Positions 51,995-64,000 of a stretch of DNA of 64,000 nt are shown here, in pieces. Position 1 is the first letter of the stretch. Each line of letters starts with the position of its first letter. Source of the DNA: Malacoraja senta (taxonomy: Eukaryota); assembly GCA_038087875.1 (NCBI GenBank), contig CM075987.1, positions 20,958,001-21,022,000 of the forward strand, written 5' to 3'. Both the position numbers and the translations under genes were made by a program. Under the pieces are notes generated by a model, which was given only the letters and a program-made list of their open reading frames with translations, was not told the DNA's origin and made no database searches.

Positions 51995-54470
51995 GGTGGT
52001 CTAGTACTTATCAAGTATTCCCACAGGCCCTTCACCTCTCTATGTGGATGATGTTGTTGGTTTTAACTGTCCACTCCTCACCTTACTAATGTTTATAATC
52101 TACCTGCCTAACAAATATTATGCATTCTTTGTTACCTAAACTGTACTTTTGATATTGTCTCTTTGCCTTGCTTGTTTTACCTTTTCATTTCCTCATTGTA
52201 TTCAGTCTGCATCTCACTTGAATTATTCATCTGACATGTGTCATTTGCTTTAAGTTTTGTTTGATTCATCATATTCTCTGTCTCTCTTTTCATCCATGGA
52301 GCACTGGCTTTGGTTTGCATCTTTCCCCTTTTGGGGATACCCTAGAATGTGTGTGATACATCTGCTCTTTAAAAGTCACCGTCGGTGCATTTCAATTTTA
52401 CCCGACACTATCTGGCTATCCTAGCCAGATCTTTTTTCATCAAAATGATCCTCCTCAGATGAAGGTCTTTCACTTCTGATTTGACCTTGACTTTATCCGT
52501 TACTAATGTAAAGCATGTGCTGCAATGAACTACTATTCATAGAAAATATAAACATAGAAAATAGGTACAGGAGGAGGCCATTTGGCCCTTCGAGCCAGCA
52601 CCGCCATTCATTGTGATCATGGCTGATCAATTACAATCAGTAACCCGTGCCTGCCTTCTCCCCATATCCCTTGATTCCGCTAGCCCCTAGAGCTCTAACT
52701 CTCTTTTAAATTCATCCACTGAATTGGCCTCCACTGCCTTCTGTGTCAGAGAATTCCACAAATTCACAACTCTCTGGGTGAAAACGTTTTTTCTCATCTG
52801 TTTTAAATGGCCTCCCCTTTATTCTTAGACCTTGGCCGCTGGTTCTGGACTACCCCAACATTGGGAACATTTTTCCTGCATCTAGCTTGTCCAGTCCTTT
52901 TATAACTTTATACGCTTCTATAAGATCCCCACTCATCCTTCTAGATTCCAGTGAATACAAGCCCAGTCGTTCCAATCTTTCCTCATATGACAGTCCCGCC
53001 ATCCCGGGGATTAACCTCGTGAACCTACGCTGCACTGCCTCAATAGCAAGGATGTCCTTCCTCAAATTAGGAGACCAAAACTGCAGATGTGGTCTCGCCA
53101 GGGCCCTGTACAACTGCAGAAGGACCTTTTTACTTCTATACTCAAATTCTCTCGTTAAGAAGGCCAACATGCCATTAGCTTTCTTCACTGCCTGCTGTAC
53201 CTGCATGTTTACTTTCAGTGACTGGTGTACAGGTCACCCAGGTCTCATTGCACTTCCCTCTTTCCTAATCGGACACCATTGAGATAATAATCTGCCTCCT
53301 TGTTCTTGCCACCAAAGTGGATAACCTCACATTTATCTACATTATACTGCATCTGCCATGCATCTGCCTACTCACTCAACCTGACCAAGTCACCCTGCAA
53401 CCTCCTAGCATCCTCTTTGCAGTTCACAATGCCACCCAGCTTTGTGTCATCAGCAAATTTGCTCGTGTTACTTTTAATTCCATCATCTAAATCATTAATA
53501 TATATTGTAAATAGTTGCGGCCAGCACCGAGCCTTGCGTCACTCCATTCGCCACTGCCTGCCATTCTGACAGTGACTCGTTCATTCCTACTCTTTGTTTC
53601 CTGTCTGCCAACCAATTCCCTATCCATGTCAATACCCTACCCCCAATACCATGTGCTTTAATTTTGCCCACTAATCTCCTGTGTGGGACCTTATCAAAGG
53701 CTTTCTGAAAGTCCAGATACACTACATCCACTGGTTCTCGTTCATCCATTTTACTTGGCACATCCTCAAAAAATTCCAGAAGATTAGTCAAGCAGGATTT
53801 CCCCTTCATAAATCCATGCTGACTTGGACCAATCCTTTTACTGCTATCCAAATGTGCCATTATTACTTATTTTATAATTGACTCCAACATCTTCCCCACC
53901 ACCGATGTCAGGCTAACTGGTCTATAATTCCCCATTTTCTCTCTTGTTCCTTTCTTGAAAAGTGGGATAACATTAGCTACCCTCCAATCCACAGGAACTG
54001 ATCCTGAATCTATCGAACATTGGAAAATAATCACCAATGCGTCCACGATTTCTAGAGCCACCTCCTGGAGTACCCTGGGTTTCAGACCATCAGGCCCTGG
54101 GGATTTATCAGCCTCCAGTCCCATCAGTCTACCCGATACTATTTGTCACCAAATGCAAATTTCTTTCAGTTCCTCTGGCTCCCTAGATCCTCTGTCCTCT
54201 AGTACATCTGGGAGATTGTTTGTGTCTTCCTTAGTGAAGACAGAACCAAAGTACCTGTCCAACTCTTCTGCCATTTCCTTGTTCCCCATAATAATTTCAC
54301 CTGTTTCTGCCTTCAAGGGACCCACATTTGTCTTTACAAATCTTTTTCTCTTAACATACCTAAAGAAGCTTTTACTATCCTTCTTTATATTCTTGGCCAG
54401 CTTACCCTCGTACTTCATCTTTTCACCCCGTATTTCCCTTTTTGTTACCTTTTGTTGGACTTTGAAAGTT

Positions 54471-54612
54471 TCAATAGACAATAGACAATAGGTGCAGGAG
54501 TAGGCCATTCGGCCATTCGGCCCTTCAATGTGATCATGGCTGATCATCCCCAATCAGTACCCCCGTTCCTGCCTTTTCCCCATATCCCCTGACTCCGCTA
54601 TCTTTAAGGATT
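54471..54612 (-). mobile_element. Short 5'-truncated CR1 3' end nested inside ORF2 of the large CR1
   Basis: (CTATTGT)n tail and 3' UTR matching the copy at 3400-3530; it interrupts the host ORF2. Confidence 0.8.
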
Positions 54613-55261
54613 TCCTAATCCTCTGGCTTCCCGCTACTCTTTGCTATGTTATACACCTTTTCTTTTAGTTTTATTCCATCCCTAACTTCCCTTGTCAGCC
54701 ACAGTTGCCCCTTACCCCCCTTTACTCCCTCTTTCTTCCTCTTTGGAATGAAATGATCCTGCATCTTCTGGATTATGCCCAGAAATTCCTCCCATTGCTG
54801 TTCCAACGTCATTCCTGCTGGGATTCTTTCCCAATCTTCCTGCAGCCATGCCTCTGTAATCCCCACAATATCATATCTACCAATCTCTAACTGAGCCTCA
54901 AGCTCATCCACTTTACTTCTCATACTTTGCGCATTCATATATAATACTTTTAATCCATTACTCACCTCACCTTTCATATCGATTCCTATTTCACTTGGCC
55001 ATACTCTATCCCTTCGTGAGCTTTAATTCTATTAATTTCCCTTTAATTCTGGTGTCTGCCTTTCTTAACTTTTCCTATAGTCTCTTTCCCTTTAACTCCA
55101 TCCTTGTATTTCCAATTTGTTTGCTCCCCCCCCCCCCCCCACTACTTAGTTTAAACCCACCAGTGTAACAGTGGCAGACCTGCCTACCAGCATGCTGGTC
55201 CCCCGCTTGTTAATGCGCAACCCGTCCCTTTTGTACAATTCACCCTTACCCCAAAACAGTA

Positions 55262-55690
55262 GTCTAAAACTAAAAATAGGTTGCCATTTTAAAAATCGGT
55301 AATTTTCTAGTCGAAGACGGTTGCGATGCTAGTTGAAGGTGGTTGCCGGAGGTTGCAGGTAGTGGAAGGTAAGACCTTTTTTTCACCCAGTTTTATTCCA
55401 CCAGAGAGGTCTTACCTTCCACTACCTGCAACCTCCGGCAACCACCTTCAACTAGCATCGCAACCGGCTTCGACTAAAAAATCACAGATTTTTTAAACGG
55501 CAACCTATTTTTAGTCGCGGCCGGTTTTGAATTTTTTGAAATAATCGCTGGAACATAGAAGAAGCGGAAACCACTTTCGACCATTAGGGAGACTGACAAA
55601 AACCTCCGGGAACCGCACGGAAACCTTGGGTGGGGGCGCAAAGTCTCCAGAGGTTTCCGTTCAGGTTTCCTAAGTGGGACAGGGGCATAA
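55262..55690. mobile_element. Truncated and rearranged MITE (GTGGGACAGG-type terminus) inside CR1 ORF1, with a long internal inverted repeat
   Basis: Right end AAGTGGGACAGGGGCA-TAA resembles the TIRs at 6824 and 27437; about 109-bp inverted arms at 55269-55377 and 55407-55515. Confidence 0.65.
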
Positions 55691-57319
55691 GAATCTAAAT
55701 CCCTGCCACCTGCACCAGCTCCTCAGCCACACATTTAGATCCCCTATCTCCCTGTTCCTGCCCTCACCAGCACAAGCAACTGGAAGCAAACTGGAGACAA
55801 CCACCCTGGAGGTCCTGCTTTTCAGCCTTCTTCCGAGCTCTCTAAAATCACGCGGCAGAATCTATTTCCTCTTCTTCCTGACGTCATTTGTGCTGACATG
55901 CACGACCACTTCCGGCTGCTCACCTTCACCCTTGAGGATGCCCTGCAATGGTCCATGACGCCATGGATCCTGGCACCAGGGAGGCAACACACCATCCTTG
56001 ATTCCCGCCTGTTGCCGCAGAAACCCCTGTCTGTACCTCTCACTATGGAGTCCCATACTACCACTTCTCTGCCTGACATGTCTCTTCGGCTTTGCTTCAG
56101 CGCCACGTTTTGACTCACAGACCTGTCCGCCGCTCAGAAAGGCAGTGTCTTCTGCGTCTTCTGTCCCGACAGCTTCCAAGAGGGTGAACCTGTTTTCAAG
56201 AGGTACATCCCCCGGGGTCTCCTGTACTCCAAGCTTCCTTCCCTTCCTCATCGTCACCCACCTTCTCTCTTTCGGTATCTTCAGTGTAACAATCTCACTT
56301 GTAGGTCCTGTCCAGGAAACACTTGGATGATCCTGAGGTCCTCCAGTTGCCTCTCCAGGGCCCCAACACGGTCCTTCAGGAGCTGAACCTAGACACACTT
56401 TCCGCAGTTGTAGCAGCCAGAGGCACCAGCAATGTCCCTGACCTCCCACATCCTGCAATCATCACACTGACTCAGCTTACCTGTCTTTTCTTCACAGCGT
56501 CTCACCCTCTCCAACTTTTGACGTAGTCTCCTCCCTCAGCCTCCTCGCCGAAGACTCTTAGGCCAAAGACTCGCACTTTTCTCACAGGACTCGAGCCAAA
56601 GACTCGGACTTTTCTCACAAGGCACTTCCCTCGACAAGGCCGCTCCCCGACAGGCCCCTCCCCTAGAGCAAACCTTGCTTATATTAGCTGATAAATTGAC
56701 TAATTTGCTAACTTACCGATTTGCTAATTAAATTCCTCAGCCAATCCCTGCACTCACTCCTTCACCTGCCGCTCTTCTGCCGACCTTGAAGAGAAGTGTT
56801 GCAGGATGGCAATTCCCCACAGTCCTCCCACTTGGTGCAGCTCATTCTCCCACATTAGACACAGCAATGCCCCCATCCATGATGGATCAAAATACATTTC
56901 ATTACCCTTCTTCACACTTTACTACAACTTTATTCCTACCAACGTTGGAGTAACTGAAGTCTTCAATATAATATGTTCTGCCTATTTCCTCAAACATGGT
57001 TGCCTTTGCAACAAAGCCAAGAAACCTCATTGATATTTACGACAAGTCCAGGAACTCACAAAAACGTAATCTCTTCCTACCATGCATTTGACATTGAGCC
57101 TTATCTCTTTCTTTCAGTTTCTCCATCTGCATTGTATCCGAGGCCACCTTCAACTCCACTGCTTCCACTATGACTTCCCTTTACCTCAACAATGGTTCCA
57201 GGCTGTGAAGCAAGGATGCATGTTCCCCTTGCAATTGGCTTGGAATCTCTTCTTCAGTCTCCTAAACCCTGTGTTTAAAGACATGAAAGGAGGAATGTAC
57301 TGATAGACAAGATCAAGAT

Positions 57320-57785
57320 TAAGAAAGTGGAGAAGATTTACGAGGATGCTGCCATCTGCCCTTGCCAGGACTTGAGGGGATGAGCTACAGGGAGAGATTG
57401 GGAAGGCTAGGACTATATTGCCTGGAGCGCAGGGGTGATAGAGAGGTTATAGAGGTGAGAGGATTAGATAGGGTAAATGCACAGAGCCTTTTACAAAGAG
57501 TAGGGGAATCGAGAACCAGAGGCCATAGGTTTAATGTGAGAGAGGTCAAATTTAATAGGAACCTGAATGGCAACGTTTTCCACACAGAGGGTGGTGGGTA
57601 TATGGAACGAGCTGCCAAAGGAGGTCGTTGAGGCGGGTACTATAACACACATTGTGATAGTTACATGGATAGGAAAGATTTAGAGGGATACGGGCCAAAC
57701 GCAGGCACATGGGACAAGTGTAGATGGGGCATCTTGGTCGGCTTGGGCAAGTTGAACCGAAGGGCCTGTTTCCACACTATATGAC
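57320..57785 (+). mobile_element. CR1 3' fragment nested in an old RTE fragment (about 57150-57900)
   Basis: PGLEGMSYRERLGRLGLYCLERR...RTRGH; the flanking RTE remnants read AVKQGC...LFFSL and RSDGKLFNLSQFK...LLF; GATCA on both sides. Confidence 0.65.
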
Positions 57786-57914
57786 GATCAGATGGGAAGC
57801 TGTTCAACTTATCACAATTCAAGGTGGAGGTGACAATCAGGAAGATGTGTATCCACTAGCTTTTATTTCCTAATAAATTGCCTTTCAAGAGTTGTCCGTC
57901 TGCTAACATGACTG

Positions 57915-58465
57915 AGATTTCAGTTGCCTGTCGATTTTTTTCCCACTTCACTGCACTCTCTGTTTGTGTGATCCAACACAGCCCAATGCAAGCTCAAGGA
58001 ACAAGATCTCATCTTCTGACTAGGCACTTTAAAGCCTTCTGGAATTAACACTGAGTTCAACAATTTTGGATAATGCACAAATCTCAGATTTGCAGGAGCT
58101 TTCCCATCACTTTCCTGGCAGTAATTTGCATGTTTTCCATCTCCTATTTATTCTCCTCCAGATCTACCACTTGTCTTCACTAAAGCCTTTGCAACTAATC
58201 TTTCATCTGTCTGCCCATCCCTTTAGTCAATTCATCTTTTCATGTGTTTCACTCTGTCACAGATGTTCCCTTTTAGTTTCTCCTCCATTCTGCATTTTCT
58301 TAACAACATGAGGATTGTTTTGAATCAAACGTTTCCCAGGCCTGACGAAACCTCATTGGCCTGAAACATTGCTCTGTTTCTCCCCCAACAGACACTGCCT
58401 GGTGAGCATCTCCAGCTTTTCATGTTTTATTTAAGATTTCCAGCATCTGCCGTTTTTAGCTTTTG
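57915..58465 (+). mobile_element. Older Penelope-like element 3' fragment
   Basis: QCKLKEQDLIF*LGTLKPSGINTEFNNF, then a CTGACGAA...CTGAAACATT hammerhead-like relic at about 58341-58370 and a CCAGCATCTGC tail. Confidence 0.65.
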
Positions 58466-60094
58466 GAAGAACATAAAACATAGATGACAGGACGCAGAAC
58501 AGTACAGCAGCGAAACAGGCCACTCGGCCCACAATGTCCATGCTGCACATAATCCCAAGTTGAACTAGTCGCCTCTGCTCCACATCCTTCCATTCCCTAC
58601 ATACCTATGTGCCCATCTAAAGCCTTCTCTGTTTCCACCACCCCCCCTGGAATTTGAAATGATTGAATCTTCATAGTCAGAAAATGAATAAAACGATAGC
58701 CTGATGAAGCTAGAATTCATGTAAGTTAACTACTAATAAATCCACAAAGAAATTCAGGAGTATTTACCAAGGGAATGGTTAGGTGGTGGAACTTTCTACA
58801 TCAAGTAGTTGAGGTGAATAGAAAAGATGATTTTGATGATAAGCTTAGCGAGTGTAGGATTAGATTATGTTGATGGTTCATTGAAGAGAGTGAGAGAAGG
58901 ATTGTGTGGAGATAACATAAGTGGGTTGAAAAGAATAACCTAAGTATCATGTACTCTTAGTATCATGTACTAACCCAATGTACATTTCCATCTGTATCCA
59001 GGTTGGAGGGGTGGGGGTGGGCTTGGGTCCAGGGACTTACAGTGAAGGAAGAGATGATGGGAGATTTGCACTGTCCTGTCAAAGGCCCTGCCATGGGGTC
59101 AGAGGTCATAGATGCAGTGAGAGACCACCCTGTCAGCTTCCTCTCTGGGACATTGCTGTCCCATTTCTTCGGTGATTTACTGTTCCCTCAGGATGTTGAT
59201 GTAAACAACAGTAGTCCCCACACAGTCCTAATGTGATCTTGCCCAGTGCAAGAGCCATCATTCATTTCAAGCTGGGCCAGGAAGGAGACAACAGTTCAGG
59301 GTTGAGATGAAGGACAGAAAAAGTTGCTGGATTCTCAATACTTATATCCTTCCTCACCCTGACACCCTGAGGCCCTCTCCCCAATTCACCTCTACCGCCC
59401 ACACAAAGTTCCCCTACTTTCCTTTGCACCGATGAAGGTAACCTTTCTCTTCCTCTCCCTCTCTCTTCTCTCTAACTTCTCTGTCGGCTCCATGATGTCT
59501 GGCTGTATCATTCCATCCCTTGCTGTCTCACAAAGTCACCACTCTAACCCCCAACATCCACCATTGTATGAATCTGCCTGACCGATTACCCTGCTTTGAG
59601 ATTAAAAAGCCCTCAGACATCAGCACGTTCTCTGTGCAACAAACAACACATTTCTACGGCATCTTCAACATTCCCATTCAATCCGGCGTAATGATTGTTA
59701 AGCAAAGGATCACAACAGCCAAGATTTACCCCTTCCTCCTGTTCCATTTTATATATATTCATTCTCAGGATGTTGCCAGCAACCTTGAAAAGATGGTGTT
59801 AACTGATGGGTGGTAAAGCGAGTAAAGATGGCAAGTAAGTTTCAACCCTGTTCATTTGAAGGGAAGTCAAGGCCTAGAATGGGTGAGGAATGTGTTGTGT
59901 GTGTGTTCCAAACATCTAACTGGTTCCTTAATGCACCTTTAGCCAGAGAAACCCGCTGTACTTACATGCTCAGTCACAAGTAATAACAACACCTTCACAC
60001 AGAGACTCACGTCCTACGCTAGAACGAAAAAGGGATGATTAATAAATGCCGGCAGCAACGCCCATATCCTGAGAACTTAAGTGAAATGATTGCT

Positions 60095-60325
60095 TAAAGT
60101 TAAGGTAGACAAAAGTGCTGGAGAAACTCAGCGGGTGCAGCAGCATCTATGGAGCGAAGGAAATAGGCAACGTTTCGGGCCGAAACCCTTCTTCGGCCCG
60201 AAACGTTGCCTATTTCCTTCGCTCCATAGATGCTGCTGCACCCGCTGAGTTTCTCCAGCACTTTTGTCTACCTTCGATTTTCCAGCATCTACAGTTCCTT
60301 CTTAAACAAACGCAATAAAGTTAAG
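60095..60325. mobile_element. Palindromic PLE-derived element
   Basis: Perfect 83-bp arms at 60102-60184 and 60192-60274; TAAAGTTAAG duplicated at 60095-60104 and 60316-60325. Confidence 0.85.
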
Positions 60326-61090
60326 ATGGTTTGTAACTTTGACCAATTGCACTGTGCTGTCTTGCTCAGAGCCCTCCTCTCCCGCTCATTGTACCCCTCA
60401 TACTGAGCTCCTTCTGAGAACTTCAGCCTTCAGGCTTCATATTCCAGCTGCTCCTCTTCAATAGAATTTTTTTTCTGCTGGCTCAGAAAACAGACGCAGA
60501 AAATAACAAGATTCGTATTCACAAGAGGAGCAAATTTTTAATCCACTGCACACTCTGTTTTCAACTTTCCACTCCAACTGGAGCTTTCAAATGACAAATT
60601 CCCAAATTCTCAGGGGACACTTCAGAGCAACTTGGTTCAAGATTAAAGGCAGGAACTTCTGCATCAGCAAATATATGTTATTTGGCGATCTCACCTCCGC
60701 ATAAAGAGGTGATGAGATTAAGTTCCATTTCAGAGACTTTAGCACAAATTCCAAGCAGATACTCCGAGGGCCATTAATGAAAGGGTCGTACTCTGCCTGA
60801 GGTGCTGTTTTTTAGATGAAACGTTTGCCCTCTCAGGGGAAAGATTCCATGACACTAATTTTAAGAATGGCTGGGGCAATCTTTTCTGGTCAATTGTAAG
60901 CTCAAAGCAACATCGCTAAATAATCACATACTGTTGTGGGTTCCTGCTGTGCACAAATATGGCTGTCAGTTCCCTGAAGCAATGACCATCAATTGAAAGT
61001 GATTCAACGGCTGTCAAGCTTGGCAGTGGTGGGGAGAGTCTCCACAATGATCAGATCTCTTTAGACATGACTTCCTGACATGGGAACAAA

Positions 61091-62122
61091 CGTACAAGGT
61101 TAATTCCCGGGATGGCGGGACTGTCATATGCTGAGAGAATGGAGCAGCTGGGCTTGTACACTCTGGAGTTCAGAAGGATGAGAGGGAATCTCAAGTCAAG
61201 TCAAGTCAAGTGAGTTTATTGTCATGTGTCCCTGGTAGGACAATGAAATTCTTGCTTTGCTTGAGCACAACAGAACATAGTAGGCATTTACTACAAGGCA
61301 TTCTATAAATATATACACAATGGTCAATATACTGATAAAGTGCAAATAACAGTATTGGCTAGTAAAGTTCAGTGTTATGTCCGAGCCAGGTTTAATAGCC
61401 TGATGGCTGTGGGGAAGTAGCTGTTCCTGAACCTGGTCATTGCAGTCTTCACGCTCCTGTACCTTCTACCTGAAGGTAGTAGGGAGATGAGTGTGTGGCC
61501 AGGATGGTGTGGGTCCTTGATGATGCTGCCAGCCTTTTTGAGGCAGCAACTGTGGTAGATCCCCTCGATGGAAGGGAGGTCAGAGCCGATGATGGACTGG
61601 GCAGTGTTTACTACTTTTTGTAGTCTTTTCCTCTCCAGGGCACTCAAGTTGCCGAACCAAGCCACGATGCAACCCGGTCAGCATGCTCTCTACTGTGCAC
61701 CTGTAGAAGTTAGAGAGAGTCCTCCTTGACAAACCGACTCTCATTGAAACATATAAGATTGTTAAGGGTTTGGACATGCTAGAGGCAGGAAACATGTTCC
61801 CGATGTTGGGGGAGTCCAGAACCAGGGGCCACAGTTTAAGAATAAGGAGTAAGCCATTTAGAACGGAGACAAGGAAACACTTTTTCTCAGAGAGAGTGGT
61901 GAGTCTGTGGAATTCTCTGCCTCAGAGGGCGGTGGAGGCAGGTTCTCTGAATGCTTTCAAATGCGAGCTAGATAGGTTCTTAAAAATAGCGGAGTCAGGG
62001 GATAAGGGGAGAAGGTAGGAACGGGGTACTGATTGGGGATGATCAGCCATGATCACATTGAATGCCGGTGCTGGCTCGAAGGGCCGAATGGCCTACTCCT
62101 GCACCTATTGTCTATTGTCTAT
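61091..62122 (+). mobile_element. CR1 LINE 3' fragment split by a Rex1/Babar insertion
   Basis: Collinear with 3061-3530 on both sides of the 61194-61738 insert. Confidence 0.88.
61194..61738 (-). mobile_element. Rex1/Babar-clade LINE 3' fragment
   Basis: C-terminal ORF WFGN...RKRLQKVVNTAQSIIG..LPSI...DPHHPGH.L..LLPSGRRYRS...RF.NSYFP.AIRLLN; (CTTGA)n tail; TCTCA duplicated at 61189-61193 and 61739-61743. Confidence 0.85.
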
Positions 62123-62162
62123 AATCCATGTTAATTCCCTGGGGTGAAAGGACTAAATTAAA

Positions 62163-62545
62163 GTGGGACAGTGGCCCAGCGCATGATACTGTAATCTCAC
62201 AATTCAATCCTGGTCTCATTGTGGAGACTCTCGCCACCACTGCCAAGCTGTACAGCCGTTGACTCACGTTCAATTGATGGCCATTGTCTGTGTGGAGTTT
62301 GCATGTTCTGCGTTTCTGCGGTTGTTTGGGTTTCCTCTGGCTGCTCCAGTTCCCTCCTACATTCCAAAAACGTTTTGTAGGCGGGTTAATCGGCTACCAT
62401 GAACAATCCTTCAGTGCAAGTAGATGGTAGGTTGTTCATGGTGGAGTTGTGGGGCTTGTGACAGAGAGGGGATTACATGGAAATAAGTTGAGGAATGGGT
62501 TGGATGGAATTCTTCTGAGAGCTAGCATGGACTAAATGGGCTGAA
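62163..62545 (+). mobile_element. Old V-type SINE carrying a 71-bp inverted templated insertion
   Basis: TGTCTGTGTGGAGTTTGCATGTTCT V-domain; insert at 62216-62286. Confidence 0.6.
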
Positions 62546-63639
62546 TGTCCTCTGTCATGAAAGAGGATGGTGACATTTTTTTGCTTACACAAGTTACCAA
62601 CTCTGAATGGTCACAGTCCTGGAGGTTTTATTACACGACTCCCCCCGTCTACATTAGACTTCTCAATGCCCTGTCTTCCCAAGCCAATTTTATATCCAAT
62701 TTGATGTTACAGTCAGTCAAAAGGACCTTTGTCCCCATCTTTAATATTTTACCACGAGTAAACAAAGAAAAAAAATTAAATCACAGATTTATTTTTGAAT
62801 ATCTAACTTTTCCTTCGGGAATTTTATCCACCGTAATGTCTTAGCAATTTCTGGAGAACCCTGGGGAGTCCATAAAGACTGGCAATCCGAACAGTATCAA
62901 AATATGGCTGACCTCCATTATGCCAATATCTTGCCTCCAGGATCATTCTAGGGCATGGGAGACAAACACGGCCATGTGGGAACTCAAGGCATACAGGAAA
63001 GCCAAGGGAGTAAAGGGTAACAGCGATTGTGAGAAAGAGCAGGAAAATGAGAGAGACACAAACACTCAAGTTGAAAGGTCGTTACAATAATGAAAAAGGA
63101 TGAACATGAGCAGAGTTCAAAATAAATGGGATAAATCAGAAAATTATATCAAATATTATAGATGATCATAAACCGGCATAGACAGTAGCTGGATCAGAGC
63201 TTAGGCCAAGTTAGTTTTCCTTCATGTGGAGCCACAGGAAGAGTAGGATTATGTTCAGCAGAAAAATCAGAGACCAGGAAAATAAAACGTCCATTCTGCT
63301 TTTCACATCCTCAGGCCATCCCAAAATACTTTACAACCAAAGAATTACTTTCTGAAGTGTGGACTTTGTAGTAATGTAAGAAGCAAAGTAGCCAGTTTGT
63401 GCACAGCAAGCCCCGACAAGTAAAATGATGATGGCTGGATCAATTATATACTGACGTCGATTCAAAGATAAATATTGCTCAGATACAGCGGAGAACTGCT
63501 TGCTCCAGTTTGAAACATTACCCACAGGTACTTTTCCATCCACTTGAGAGAACAGATCGTGGTAACTGTGTGGAATGAGCAGCCAGAGAATGGGTCGAGA
63601 CCCAATCCTTCTCTCCAGAGATGCTGCCTGACCTGCTGA

Positions 63640-63941
63640 GTTTAGTTTAGTTTAGAGATACAGCGCTGAAACAGGCCCTTCAGCCCACCGGGTCCGCGTC
63701 GACTAACGATCCCCGCACATTAACACCATCCTGCACCCACTAGGGACAATTTACCATGCCATTAACCTGCAAACCTGTACGTCTTTGGAATGTGGGAGGA
63801 AACCAAAGATCTCGGAGAAAATCCACGCAGGTCACGGGGAGAACGTACAAACCCCGTACAGACAGCACCCGTAGTCGGGATCGAACCCGGGACCCCGGCG
63901 CTACACTCGCTGTAAGGCAGCAACTCTACCGCTGCGCCACC
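63640..63941 (-). mobile_element. HE1/V-type SINE inserted into a PLE-derived repeat
   Basis: (GTTTA)n tail at about 63640-63655; PLE repeat on both sides (about 63590-63640 and 63945-64000). Confidence 0.82.
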
Positions 63942-64000
63942 TTTACACCAGCATTTTGTGTCTATCTTCGGTGTAAACCAGCATCTGCAGTGCCTTCCTG

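Larger units (their letters stand above)
52538..56786 (-). mobile_element. Near-full-length but defective CR1-clade LINE (ORF1 zinc finger/leucine zipper plus SGNH esterase; ORF2 truncated APE plus RT)
   Basis: ORF1: QCDDCRMW...YNCGKCV*VQLLKDRVGALERQLEDL and VVVWDSIVRGTDRGFCG...VCCLPGARI. ORF2: LYMNAQSMRSKVDELE...DIVGITEAWL, KSPGPDG, NYRPVSLTSVVGKMLESII, QHGFMKGKSCLTNLLEFFEDV, VYLDFQKAFDKVPH. 3' UTR and short tandem tail at about 52540-52560. Contains frameshifts and stops. Confidence 0.9.

Noticed and set aside
45658..64000. Search for LAMC3 exon 1 (signal peptide and LN N-terminus with WWQS) and promoter
   Set aside because: No matching ORF or motif was seen, so intron 1 appears to extend beyond the window (more than 18 kb).

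Overview
Eukaryotic (vertebrate) genomic DNA. The repeat content (HE1-type V-SINEs, CR1/HER1-type LINEs, Penelope-derived repeats) suggests a cartilaginous fish, probably a skate or ray; this is inference. The window holds the internal part of one large gene on the minus strand, laminin subunit gamma-3 (LAMC3). I traced 19 coding exons (homologous exons 2-20, from 45657 down to 1591). They chain in phase into about 1035 codons covering LN, LE/EGF repeats, L4 and the start of the coiled coil. Exon 1 (beyond 64000) and exons 21 onward were not found in the window. The introns are packed with nested mobile elements: CR1, Rex1/Babar, RTE and L1 LINE pieces, tRNA-derived SINEs, MITEs and a GC-rich retroposon family with no tRNA head. 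The most interesting signal is a family of about 20 short Penelope-like (PLE) repeats. They carry a minimal hammerhead-ribozyme motif (CTGAAGA-A-GGGTC-nn-GACCC-GAAA-CG-TC) and often form tail-to-tail palindromes with 9-13 bp target duplications and breakpoints in or near the ribozyme. One copy, in LAMC3 sense orientation, has a complete 4-bp helix I. Also notable are a probable GC-AG intron, several locally templated inverted duplications (including a perfect 87-bp arm that copies host flank), and a gamma1-like nidogen-binding loop. Repeat boundaries are approximate and were assigned by eye without database searches.
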